Origin: an uncultured beta proteobacterium
GTDB taxonomy: Bacteria > Pseudomonadota > Gammaproteobacteria > Burkholderiales > SG8-39
Length of the DNA: 64,000 nt
Assembly: GCA_963743805.1 (NCBI GenBank)
Contig: CAVUQY010000003.1
Location: forward strand, 234,131-298,130
Direction of reading: 5' to 3'
The notes beneath the pieces are model-generated. The model saw only the letters and a program-made list of their open reading frames with translations, was not told where the DNA came from and ran no database searches. Shown piece after piece: positions 19,933 through 30,551 of this stretch. Numbering within the stretch: position 1 is the stretch's first letter; every line of letters begins with the position of its first letter. The position numbers and the translations under genes are program-made.

Positions 19933-20817
19933 GTGCCAGAACTTCCGGATATAGCGGTTTACATCGAGGCACTCGAGCGGCGAGTGGTCGGACAGCCGAT
20001 CGAGCGCGTTCGACTTGCCAATCCGTTCGTGCTGCGGACGGCTGTTCCGCCGATCGCATCCGCTGAAGGCAAACGCGTCCTCGGCCTGCGGCGCATCGGC
20101 AAGCGCATCGTCCTCGCGCTGGAGGGCGAACTCTTCCTCGTGCTGCACCTGATGGTCGCGGGCCGGCTGCGCTGGCTTGCGCGCAATGCGAAGCCGCCAG
20201 GACGGCTCACGCTCGCGACGTTCGAATTCCCCGACGGTCAGCTCGTCTTCACGGAAGCGGGGACGAAGCGCCGCGCCTCGCTGCATCTCGTGCAGGGCGA
20301 GCAGGCGCTCGACGCGATGGACCCGGGCGGCCTCGATGTGATGAACACGGACCTCGCGGCGTTTGCCGCACGGCTCAAGACGGAGAACCACACGCTCAAG
20401 CGCGCGCTGACCGACCCGCGGCTCTTCAGCGGCATCGGCAATGCGTACTCGGACGAGATCCTCCATCGCGCGCGCCTCTCGCCCCTTGCGCTCACGGCCT
20501 CGCTGGACGAGGCGGCGGTCGCGCGGCTCTTCGACGCGACGCGCGCCACGCTGTCCGAATGGACGGCACGGCTGCGGGCGGACACGGGCGACGAGTTCCC
20601 GGAGAAGGTCACCGCGTTCCGCGACGGCATGGCCGTTCACGGCCGGTACCGCCAGCCGTGCCCGGTGTGCGGATCGCCGGTGCAGCGGATCGTGTACGCG
20701 GAAAACGAGGTGAACTACTGCGCGCGCTGCCAGACCGGGGGGAAGATCCTGGCCGACCGGGCGTTGTCGCGTCTGCTCCACAAGAGCTGGCCGCGGAACA
20801 TCGACGAGCTGGAGTGA
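19933..20817 (+). CDS. Fpg/Nei-family DNA glycosylase paralog
   Basis: GTG start followed by PELPD (catalytic Pro2), an H2TH region, and the C-terminal zinc finger CPVCGSPVQR...CARCQ. Confidence 0.75.
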   Translation: MPELPDIAVYIEALERRVVGQPIERVRLANPFVLRTAVPPIASAEGKRVLGLRRIGKRIVLALEGELFLVLHLMVAGRLRWLARNAKPPGRLTLATFEFPDGQLVFTEAGTKRRASLHLVQGEQALDAMDPGGLDVMNTDLAAFAARLKTENHTLKRALTDPRLFSGIGNAYSDEILHRARLSPLALTASLDEAAVARLFDATRATLSEWTARLRADTGDEFPEKVTAFRDGMAVHGRYRQPCPVCGSPVQRIVYAENEVNYCARCQTGGKILADRALSRLLHKSWPRNIDELE

Positions 20818-20821
20818 CGAG

Positions 20822-21448
20822 TCAGGCGACGCGCCTGGCGGGGCGCCGCGGGCGTCGCGTTCGGGCAGCGGCGGTCCCCGCGGCCTCTTCGGCGATCGTG
20901 GCGCGGACCAGCGAGCGGGCCACCCATTCGGCCACCTGGGCCACTTGCGGGCCTTCCAGCGCGAACATGTCCTTCAGCACGACCATCGTCTCGGTGCCGA
21001 ACACGATGGCCAGCCCCTGCACGAGCCGGTCGAACGCGCGTTTCGGCACCTGCCGCGCGAGCGGCGCGAGCGCGAGCCGCAGCAGGCGGATGCGGTTGCC
21101 GCGCACGATGCGCGGCTCGGCGCCGATGGTCCCGGCGCGCTCGCGCGCCCACTGGTCGAGCGCAAGCCGCAGCGCCGCCCGCAGCGGCGCCTCGTACTCG
21201 TCCATCCGCCGGAAGCCGAACGCCAGCAGGCGGCCGACCCGGGCCTCCGCATCGTCGGACTCCGGCAGCCAGCGCCAGATCGGGCCCAGGGCCTCGATCA
21301 CCATGGCCTGCACGAGCACGCTCTGGCTCGGGAAGTAGCGGTACGCGGTCGCGCGCGACACCTGCGCTTCGGTCGCCACGTCGGTGACCGAGGGGATGAT
21401 CCCGCGGCTCGAGATCGCGATCGCGGCGTCGATCAGCGCCTTGCGCAT
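20822..21448 (-). CDS. TetR/AcrR family transcriptional regulator
   Basis: N-terminal HTH (VTDVATEAQVSRATAYRYFPSQ). Confidence 0.85.
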   Translation of the reverse strand: MRKALIDAAIAISSRGIIPSVTDVATEAQVSRATAYRYFPSQSVLVQAMVIEALGPIWRWLPESDDAEARVGRLLAFGFRRMDEYEAPLRAALRLALDQWARERAGTIGAEPRIVRGNRIRLLRLALAPLARQVPKRAFDRLVQGLAIVFGTETMVVLKDMFALEGPQVAQVAEWVARSLVRATIAEEAAGTAAARTRRPRRPARRVA

Positions 21449-21543
21449 GCGCGCACGCGGACCGCGCGCGCGCGTCTCCCGCGCTGCAGCGGCGGGTTTC
21501 GCCCCTCTGCGCGATAGGCCTTCTCGATGTTGACACGCGCGTA

Positions 21544-21572
21544 TTGACCTGAGACACGCGTCTCAATATAGT
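21544..21572 (+). promoter_or_regulatory. sigma-70-like promoter TTGACC-N17-TATAGT with a TetR-type operator palindrome TGAGAC-ACGC-GTCTCA in the spacer
   Basis: Palindrome at 21550..21565 lies exactly between the -35 (21544-49) and -10 (21567-72) boxes, in the divergent tetR/hydrolase intergenic region. Confidence 0.55.
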
Positions 21573-21658
21573 CCTCCGCTCCGGAAGGTCGCAAGCGCCG
21601 CGCACTCGCGCAGCGCAACAAGAGGACCCCCGCGCGCACCGCCAAAGGAGAACCTGCG

Positions 21659-22435
21659 TTGAGCACGCAGATCATCGAGCGCATGGCCGTCGAGATCGAC
21701 GGCACGGGCGATGCGCTCGTCATGCTCCACGGCCTCGGCGGCACGTCGAACGTCTGGTCGCCGCAGATGCCTGCGTTGGCGCCGCGGTTGCGCGTCATCC
21801 GGCCGGACCTGCCGGGCGCCGGCCGCTCGCCCGCCGCGGCGTCGGTCTCCATCCAGAGCCTGGTCGATGCGGTCGTGCGCCTGTGCGGCGTGCTCGGCAT
21901 TGCGCGTGCGCATTTCGCCGGCCATTCGATGGGCACCATCGTCTGCCAGCACCTCGCGGTGCAGCATCCGTCCCTCGTCCAGAGCCTGGCCTTGATCGGC
22001 CCCTTGCCGGCACCCCCGGACGCCGGACGCCAAGGGCTGCGCGACCGCGCCGCAAAGGTGCGCGCCGAGGGGATGTCCGAGGTCGCCGCGGCCCTGCTCC
22101 AGGGGGCCACCTCGGCCGACACGCGCGCGAACCAGCCCGTCGCTGCGGCGTTCGTGCGGGAGCTCCTGATGCGGCAGGACCCCGAGGGCTACGCGAAGAT
22201 GTGCGAAGCGCTCGCGGCGGCCGAGGCCGCGGATCTGACGCAGGTCCGCTGCCGGACACTGCTCGTCACGGGCGACGAAGACCAGATCGCGCCGCCCTCG
22301 AGCGTGCGCGCAATGGCCGGCACGATCCAGGACGCGCGGGTCGCGGTCTTCAACCGCTGCGGCCACTGGACGACGATCGAGCGCGCGAGCGAGGTGAGCG
22401 CGGCGCTGAAAGAGTTCTACTTTGGACGGCGCTGA
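21659..22435 (+). CDS. alpha/beta-fold hydrolase (3-oxoadipate enol-lactonase-like)
   Basis: HGLGG oxyanion motif, GHSMG nucleophile elbow, C-terminal His (GHW). Confidence 0.85.
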   Translation: MSTQIIERMAVEIDGTGDALVMLHGLGGTSNVWSPQMPALAPRLRVIRPDLPGAGRSPAAASVSIQSLVDAVVRLCGVLGIARAHFAGHSMGTIVCQHLAVQHPSLVQSLALIGPLPAPPDAGRQGLRDRAAKVRAEGMSEVAAALLQGATSADTRANQPVAAAFVRELLMRQDPEGYAKMCEALAAAEAADLTQVRCRTLLVTGDEDQIAPPSSVRAMAGTIQDARVAVFNRCGHWTTIERASEVSAALKEFYFGRR

Positions 22436-22578
22436 GATGTGGGCGCGCGACCGTCGGAAGAACGCCATGCACCGCCCTGACCGCCCGCTCGCCGCAATGA
22501 ACGACGGCGTCTCACGCCGGACGCCGGAGACCGAGGTCGCGCGCCGCCCGCGGGCGCGCTCTGCATAGGAGAAACGCC

Positions 22579-23900
22579 ATGCCCAACATCCTCTTCACGA
22601 ACGTTCGCATCCTCGACGGTTCCGGGCAGCAGCCCTTTACGGGCGAGGTCCTGGTCCAGGGCAACCGCATCCAGCGCGTCGGCGCGCGGCCTGCGCACGC
22701 TGCCCACCGCGGGCGTGACCGTCATCGACGGCGCGGGCGCGACGCTGATGCCCGGCATGGTGCGAGGCGCACACCCACTTCGGCTGGACCAACTCCAAGA
22801 CGCTGGACGCCATCCAGAAGCTGCCGCACGAGGAGCACACGCTCTGGGCGGCGAGCGTGGCCAAGCAGTATCTCGATTACGGCTGGACCTCGTGCGTGGG
22901 CGCGGCGACGCCCAAGCCGCGGCTCGACTGCGTGATCCGCAACGCGATCGACTCGGGCCAGATCCCGGGGCCGCGCTACCTCGCCGCGAGCCAGGAGATC
23001 ACGGTCACCGGATCGCTCGGCGACGACATGCTGCCGCACCTGCCCTTTCCGGAGATGTCCTTCGGCGCGTGGTCGACGGTCCGGAGGACATGCGCAAGGC
23101 GGTGCGCATGTTCCTGAAGTACGGCGTCGACACCATCAAGCTCAACCTGTCGGGGGACAACCTCGTCCCGGGCGCGGATGCCACGACCAACTGGATGAGC
23201 GACGAGGAGGTGGCGATCGCGGTCAAGGAAGACCAAGGTCCGCGGCAAGCGGCTGTCCTGCCACGCGCGCTCCTCCGGCTCGATCAAGCAGAGCATGCGC
23301 CACGGCCTCGACATCGTCTACCACGCCAGCTTCGCCGACGAAGAGGCGCTCGACATGCTCGAGGCGAAGAAGGACCAGATCTTCGTGGCGCCGGGCATTT
23401 CGGTGCAGATTCGCCTGCTCAACGAAGGCGAGGTCGTCGGCATCGACAACCAGATGGCAAAGCGACATGGGCTACGAGCGGGAGCTCGAGGCCACCGTCA
23501 ACAGCATGAAGGCGATGCTGAAGCGCGGCATCCGCGTGCTGCCGGGCGGCGACTACGGCTTCGCCTGGGCGCCGCACGGCGAGAACGCCAAGGATCTCGA
23601 GTACTTCGTGAAGTACCTCGGCATGACGCCGATGGAGGCCATCGTCTCCTGCACCGCGCTGGGGCGGGCAGATGATGATGAAGGGCGGCGAGCTCGGCGA
23701 GATCAGGGACGGCTACCTCGCCGACCTGCTGCTGGTGGACGGCGACCCGCTTGCCAACATCTCGATCCTGCAGGACCGCGACAAGCTGCTCGCGATCATG
23801 AAGGACGGCGTGTTCCACAAGGATGCCGGACGTCGGCGCGGCGCAGCGGTTCGCGCGCTCAGTGGCGTGAGCGCCGGCAACGCGAAAGCGCAGAGCGCGC
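22579..23900 (+). pseudogene. amidohydrolase-family protein, about 7 apparent frameshifts
   Basis: Conserved amidohydrolase segments continue across frames 1/2/3 (NILFTNVRILDG...HTHF...IKLNLSGDN...HASFADEE...LPGGDYGFAW...LADLLLVDGDPL). Confidence 0.65.
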
Positions 23901-23989
23901 GAGACGGAACCCGGAGCATGCGTTGCCGCCGCGACGCCCTGCGCTCTGCGCGTGTTCGCGCGGCGGGGGGCTGAGTGGCGCGATTCTGG

Positions 23990-24927
23990 AAGACCGTCCT
24001 CTGGGCCGTGCTCGCGGCGGCCCTCGCGGCTGTTCGCGATCTGGGCGATTGCGGACAACGCGCGCCTGCTTCTTCGTCACCCTGCTGAACGGGCTCACGC
24101 TCGCGTCGCTCTACTTCATCGTGGCGAGCGGCTTCACGCTGGTGTTCGGCCTGATGCGCAACGTCAACCTCGCGCACGGGTCGCTCTATCTCCTCGGGGG
24201 CTACCTCGGCTACGTGGTGGCCGAGTACGACCGGCTACTTCGTGCTCGCGCTGGCGGTCGGCTTTGCCGCCGCGGCGCTCGTCGGTCTGGCGATGCAGGT
24301 GAGCATCTTCCGCTTCATGCAGGGCCAGGACATGCGCCAGACGATGGTCACGATCGGCCTGTCGATCGTGATCGCCGACCTGCTGCTCTGGGTCTTCAGC
24401 GGGCAGGTCCACCAGCTGTCGCCGCCGGACTGGCTGAACGGCCCGCTCCGCGGGTTGCCGGTCATCAACGCCTATTCGAAGTACCGGCTCGCGCTGCTGC
24501 CGGTCGGGATCGCGATCGGCATCCTGCTCTGGCTGTTCCTGAATCGCACGCAAGGTCGGGATGATGATCCGGGCGGGCGTCGACGACCGCGCGATGCTCG
24601 CCGCCTCCGGCGTGAACGTGAACCTCGTGTTCGCGATCACGTTCGCCATCGGTGCGGGGCTCGCCGGGCTTCGGCGGCGTGATCGGGGCGGTCGAGCTGT
24701 CGATGGTGCCGGGCGAGGACGTGCGGCTCCTGCTCGCCTCGCTGGTGGTCGTGATCGTGGGCGGCATGGGCAGCGTCGTCGGCGCGGCGCTCGGCGCCAC
24801 GATGCTCGGGCTCACCGAGACCTACGGCCTCGCGTACGCGCCGACCTACAGCGTCGTGTTCACCTTCGTGATCATGGTGCTCGTGCTCGCGTTCCGGCCG
24901 CGCGGCCTGCTCGGGCGGCCCGCATGA
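23990..24927 (+). pseudogene. branched-chain amino acid ABC transporter permease (LivH-like), frameshifted
   Basis: LivH motifs split over three or more frames (LTLASLYFIVASGFTLVFGLM..., ...VVIVGGMGSVVGAALGA...). Confidence 0.6.
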
Positions 24928-26150
24928 AGCCGCGGACGCGTGGGACATGAGCGCGGTCTGGCGCAAGGCGGTCAACCTCGACGCCGCCAAGCAGGCCTGG
25001 GCGCGCTCGACCTGGGGCGAGCGCGGCGCGCCGCGCCAGGACGCGCGCGGCGACCACTGGGGCGACGCGACGCCCGGGCGCCTCACGCCCGAGGGCCTTC
25101 CCGACTATTCGGACCAGGACGCGCCGCGCTGGCTGAAGTGGGTGTGGCAACGCATCGGCGGCGCGGCACGTGTTCGTCCTCGCGTTCGTGCTCGTCTATC
25201 CCTGGGTCGCAACGCCGTTCTTCACCTTCCAGATCGGCGCGCAGTCGCTCGCGCTCGGACTGATCGCGCTCTCGCTCACGTTCCTCGCCGGCTACGGCGG
25301 GATGGTGTCGCTCGCGCAGATGACCATCGCGGGGATCGCCGGCTACATGGTCGGCGATCTTCGGCACGAGCGGCACCGCCGAGATCAGCCTCGGCTGGCC
25401 GTGGTGGGTCGCGCGTACCGATCGGGCTCGTCGATCGCGGTGGTGTGCGCCACCTTCATCGGCTGGCTCTCGGTCCGCACCGAAGGCATCTACACCATCA
25501 TGATCACGCTCGCGATCGGCGTCGCGTTCTACTACCTCACGCTGCAGAACTACAGCGTGTTCAACGGCTTCCAGGGGCTGCAGAAGATCTATCCGCCGAA
25601 GTTTCTCGGCCTCAACTGGCGCGACCCGATCGCCGTTCTACTACCTCGCCCTGTTCTGGTCGCTCGCCGGGTACCTCTTCGTCAAGTACCTGGTGCGCGC
25701 GCCGTTCGGCATCGCGCTGCAGGGCATCCGGGACAACCCGCGGCGCATGAACTCGCTCGGCTTCAACGTGATCGCGCACCGCGTCGCCGCGTACGCGGTC
25801 GCCGGCGTGCTGGCGGCGATCGGCGGCGTGCTGATCGTCTGGTACAACGGGCTGATCACGCCCGGCTCGATCGGCACGAGCTGGCTGATCAACATCCTGA
25901 TCATCGCGGTGCTGGGCGGCATGCGCCATCCCATCGGCCCGTTCCTCGGCGCGATCGTGTTCGTCCTGCTGCAGACCTTCGCGATCGACCTGTTCGACCG
26001 CGAGCGCTTCAATCTCGTGATCGGCGGGGTGTTTCTCGCGATCGTGCTCTTCTCCCCGGACGGCCTGCTCGGGCTGTGGTCGCGCTGCGCGCGAAGCTCG
26101 CGCGGCTCCGCGCGCGGCCGGGCCTGCCGGCGCGGAGATGAGCGCGGGAA
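24927..26150 (+). pseudogene. branched-chain amino acid ABC transporter permease (LivM-like), frameshifted
   Basis: LivM segments in several frames (GYGGMVSLAQMTIAGIAGY..., ...NILIIAVLGGMRHPIGPFLGA...). Confidence 0.6.
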
Positions 26151-26212
26151 GGGCATCCATTCACGCTTGACGACCGCGGCCGGTAAGCCGCATTTCCACC
26201 AAGGAGGGAATC

Positions 26213-27476
26213 ATGAAACACGCAGGAGACAGTTCACGCGCACGCTCGTCGGCGGCGGCGGTGGTCGCCGCGTTGGGGTTTGCCGGCAGCCGCATCGGCG
26301 CAGCAGGTCGTGAAGATCGGCCTGCTCGCCACGCTCGAGGGCCCGTTCGCCGCCGGCGGCGCCGACGGCATGCGCGGCGCCGAGATGGCGGTGCGCGAGC
26401 GGGCGGCATGGTCGCGGCGGCCGGAAGATCGAGGTCATCAAGGCCTCCTCCGACGCGAAGCCCGACGTGGCGGTCAACGCGACGCGCAAGCTCGTCGAAC
26501 AGGACAAGGTCGACATCATGGTCGGCCCGCTGTCGGGCTCCGAGGGCATCGCCGTCAAGGACTACTCGAAGACCCAGCCCAACATCACCTTCATCAACGG
26601 CTCGTCGGGTGCGCAGGCGACCACGCTCGTCAACCCGTCGCCGAACTTCTTCCGCTTCAACACCGACGGCGCGCAGTGGATGGTGGGCCTCGGCAAGGCC
26701 GCGCTGGACAAGGGCTACAAGCGGGTGATGGTGATCGCCGAGGACTACGCCTTCCCGTACTCGCAGGTGCAGGGCTTCATGACCGAGTACTGCAAGCTCG
26801 GCGGCAAGGTCCCGGTGAAGGCCTGGGTGCCGCTCGGCGGCAAGGACTACTCCTCGGTGATCGCGCGCATCCCGAAGGACGTCGACGCGCTGGTGGTGGT
26901 GCTCGGCGGCGCCGACGCGGTGAACTTCCTCAACCAGTACGAGCAGGCGGGCGGCGACAAGCCGATGATCGGCGGCTCGATCACGGTGAGCCAGGACATC
27001 CTGAACTACAAGGGCAAGCGGCGCGATTCGCTGCGTCGGCACGATCGCCGGCGCGCCGGTCGCGGAAGCCTACGACGGCGCCGACTGGAAGAAGTTCGTC
27101 GCCGACTACCAGAAGGCCTACCCGGTGTCGGCGGGCGGCTATCCGAGCCCGTCGCTGTTCGCGTTCGTCTACTACGTCAACATGAAGGCGGCGCTCGACG
27201 GGCTCGACGCGGTCAAGGGCGATCTCTCCGACGGCCAGAAGAAGTACCGCGAGGCGCTGTCGAAGCATGGTGCTGAAGACACCGACCGGCGACGTGCGGC
27301 TCGACTCCAACCGCCAGGCGATCGGCACCAGCTTTCGTCACCGAGGTCGCGAAGGACTCGCAGGGCAACCTCTACAACAAGGTGCTGCGCAAGGTGGACG
27401 ACACGTCGACCAGATGCTCGGGATGAAGAAGGAGGAGTTCCAGATCGGGTCGCGCGACGTGCCCAACTGCCCGTAA
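26213..27476 (+). pseudogene. ABC transporter substrate-binding protein (LivK/amide-receptor family), frameshifted
   Basis: Periplasmic-binding-protein type I segments across three frames (VVKIGLLATLEGPFAAGG..., VDIMVGPLSGSEGIAV..., ...VLKTPTGDVRLD...). Confidence 0.65.
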
Positions 27477-27489
27477 GCGCCAGGGGACC

Positions 27490-28284
27490 GGGGCATCGCA
27501 TCGGCCGCTGCGCCCGCCGTCGCGCCGCTCGCTTCGGGCGACGCCCTCACGCTCGAGGGCGTCACCCGGACGTTCGGCGCGCTGCGCGCGATCGAGGACG
27601 TCTCGTTCTCGGTCGGCGCGGGCGAGCGGCGCGCGATCCTCGGCGCCAACGGCGCCGGCAAGACCACGCTGTTCAACTGCATCACCGGCGACTTCCCGCC
27701 CACGGCCGGCACGGTGCGCTTCTTCGGCGAGGACGTGACCGCATCTCCCGCCCTACGAGCGCATCCGCCAGGGCATCCGGCGGACCTACCAGTCGTCGCT
27801 CCTGTTCCGCGACCTGTCGGTGCGGGACAACCTCTTCCTGGCCGTGCGCGGCGTCGCGCGCGGCCGTTTCAGCTTCTTCCGCCCGCGCGCGGCGCACCCG
27901 TCGCGCGCGGCGACCGACGACCTGCTCGAGCGCGTGCGGCTGACGCACATCGCCGACCAGCCGGTGTCCGCGCTCGCGCACGGCCAGCAGCGCCAGCTCG
28001 AGATCGGCATGGCGCTCGCCGGCGCGCCGCGCCTGATCCTGTTCGACGAGCCGGCCGCAGGCCTCTCGCCCGCCGAGCGCCGCGAGCTCGTGGCGCTGCT
28101 CGGCGCGCTGCCCGAGCACATGGGCTTCGTGCTGATCGAGCACGACCTCGACATCGCGCTGCGCGTGGTCGAGCGGGTCACCGTCATGCACAACGGCCGC
28201 GTGCTCAAGCACGGCACGCCCGACGAGATCGGCAACGACGCCGAGGTCCAGGCGATTTACATGGGCGAGCACAGGCATCACTGA
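27490..28284 (+). pseudogene. ABC transporter ATP-binding protein (LivG-like), frameshifted
   Basis: Walker A GANGAGKTT in one frame; Q-loop, signature and Walker B (LILFDEPAAGL) in another. Confidence 0.65.
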
Positions 28285-28287
28285 TCC

Positions 28288-29040
28288 ATGGCGCTCTTCT
28301 CCCGCACCCGCCCCGCCGTTCCCGACGCCCCGATCCTCCGGATCGACGGCCTGGACGTCTACTACGGCCAGGCCCATGCGCTCCAGGACGTGTCGCTCGC
28401 GCTCGAGCACGGGGTGCTCGGCGTGGTCGGCCGCAACGGCATGGGCAAGTCCACGCTCTGCAACACGGTGATGGGACTGGTGCGCGCCGCGCGCGGCAGC
28501 GTGCAGGTCGCGGGGGTCGAGATCCTCGGCATGACCCCGAACGACGATCGTCGCGCAGGGCGTGAGCTACGTGCCGCAGGGCCGCCGCGTCTGGCCCTCG
28601 CTCACCGTGGACGAGCACCTGCGGCTCGCGGCGCGCCGCCGCGCGCGGGCGAGCGCAAGGGCGATCCGTGGACCGTCAGCGCGCGTACGCGACGTTCCCG
28701 CGGCTCGCGGAGCGCAAGTCGAACGGCGGTGCGCAGCTCTCCGGCGGCGAGCAGCAGATGCTCGCGATCGCGCGCGCGCTGCTCGCCAACCCGCGGCTCC
28801 TCGTCATGGACGAGCCGACCGAGGGCCTCGCGCCGGTCATCGTCGACCAGGTGGTGGCGATGCTCAAGAACCTCGCCGCCGAGGGGGCGATCTCGGTGCT
28901 GCTGATCGAGCAGAACCTCGGCGTGGCCACCGCCGTGGCCGACCGCATCCTCGTGCTGGTCAACGGCCGGGTCGCGCACGAGGCGAGCGCCGCCGAGCTG
29001 CGCGCCGACCGCGATCTGCAACAGCGGCTCCTCGGCGTGC
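28288..29040 (+). pseudogene. ABC transporter ATP-binding protein (LivF-like), frameshifted; may read through into the next gene
   Basis: GRNGMGKST Walker A; LSGGEQQMLAIARAL and LVMDEPTEGLAP in a second frame. Confidence 0.6.
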
Positions 29041-29229
29041 GCGCGGCCGACAGCGCCGAGGAGCTCGAGCCCGACATCGCGCCGCCGCCGGCGCGCGCGG
29101 AGCAGGCGCAGGTGTTCCAGGTGCGGCGCGCTGCCGCCGAGACGGCGGAGACTGCGCCGCTCGAGCGCCTCCAGCCGTATTCCCGGACCGACGCGCCGAC
29201 CGCGTGGTCGACCGGGGCGCGCGCGGACG

Positions 29230-30500
29230 AAGCCGCGCCGGCGGCGACCGAACCCGCGCCCGAGTCGGGTCCCGCCGCGGCCGCGGTGATTCCGGTCGCC
29301 GCGGTGGTCGGGCGCAGCGCTTACGTCATCGGCACCTTCGACACGAAGGGACGCGAGCTCTCGTTCGTCAAGAGCTGCCTCGAGCGGCTCGGGCATCCGG
29401 GCGATCACCGTCGACGTCGCGACCACGCAGCGGCCGTCGCCCGCGGACGTCGGGCCCGGCGAAGTGGCGCGGCACCATCCGCAGGGCGCGCGCGCCGTGT
29501 TCACCGGCGATCGCGGGTCCGCGGTCAGCGCGATGGCGGAAGCCCTCGAGCGCTTCGTGCTCACGCGCCGCGACCTCGCCGGGGTCATCTCGGCCGGCGG
29601 CTCGGGCGGCACGTCGCTCGCGACCGCGGCGATGCGCGCGCTCCCGGTCGGCGTGCCGAAGGTCATGGTGTCCAGCGTCGCCTCGGGCGACGTGAAGGGC
29701 TACGTCGGCCCCTCCGACATCTGCATGATGTACTCGGTCGTCGACGTGCAGGGCATCAACCGGATCTCCGAGCAGGTGCTCTCGAACGCCGCGCATGCGC
29801 TCGCCGGCATGATCGCGCACTCGATCGCGCCGGGCCGGCGCGGCGCGCGGCGCGAGACGCGGCCCGCGGTCGGGCTGACGATGTTCGGCGTCACCACGCC
29901 CTGCGTGCAGCAGGTCGTGAAGCAGCTCGAGGACCGGTACGACTGCCTCACCTTCCACGCCACCGGCACCGGCGGGCAGTCGATGGAGAAGCTGGTCGAC
30001 TCGGGGCTCGTCGCGGGCGTGATCGACGTGACCACGACCGAGGTCGCCGGATCTCCTCGTCGGCGGGGTATTCCCGCTGCACCGAAGACCGCTTCGGCGC
30101 GATCGCGCGCACCCGCGTCCCGTACGTCGGTGTCGTGCGGCGCGCTCGACATGGTGAACTTCGGGCCGATGGACACCGTGCCCGCCGCAGTTCCGGAGCC
30201 GCAACCTGTACAAGCACAACCCGAACGTGACGCTCATGCGCACCACGCCCGCGGAGAACGCGCGCGTCGGGCGCTGGATCGCCGAGCGCATCAACCGCTG
30301 CGACGGCCCGGTGCGCTTCCTGATCCCGGAGGGCGGCGTCTCGGCGCTCGATGCGCCCGGCCGGCCGTTCCACGACCCGGAGGCCGACGCCGCGCTGTTC
30401 CGCGCGATCGCGGAGACCTTCCGTCCGGGCGCCCAACCGGCAGCTCGTGCGGCTGCCGTACAACATCAACGACCCGCGGTTCTCCGACGCGCTGGTCGCG
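29230..30500 (+). pseudogene. UPF0261 (Tm-1-like ATP-binding) family protein, frameshifted
   Basis: Segments [15 protein letters not shown], ...[10 protein letters not shown]...PKVMVS...TFHATGTGG... across frames. Confidence 0.55.
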
Positions 30501-30551
30501 GCGTTCAACGACGTCGTCGCGCGACCGGCTGGCAGCTTGAGGGGCACTTCG

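Noticed and set aside
18100-20781. 893-aa minus-strand ORF antisense to pth, ychF and the fpg paralog
   Set aside because: The sense-strand genes are unambiguous (P-loop, TGS, zinc finger). The antisense ORF has no motifs and a biased composition.
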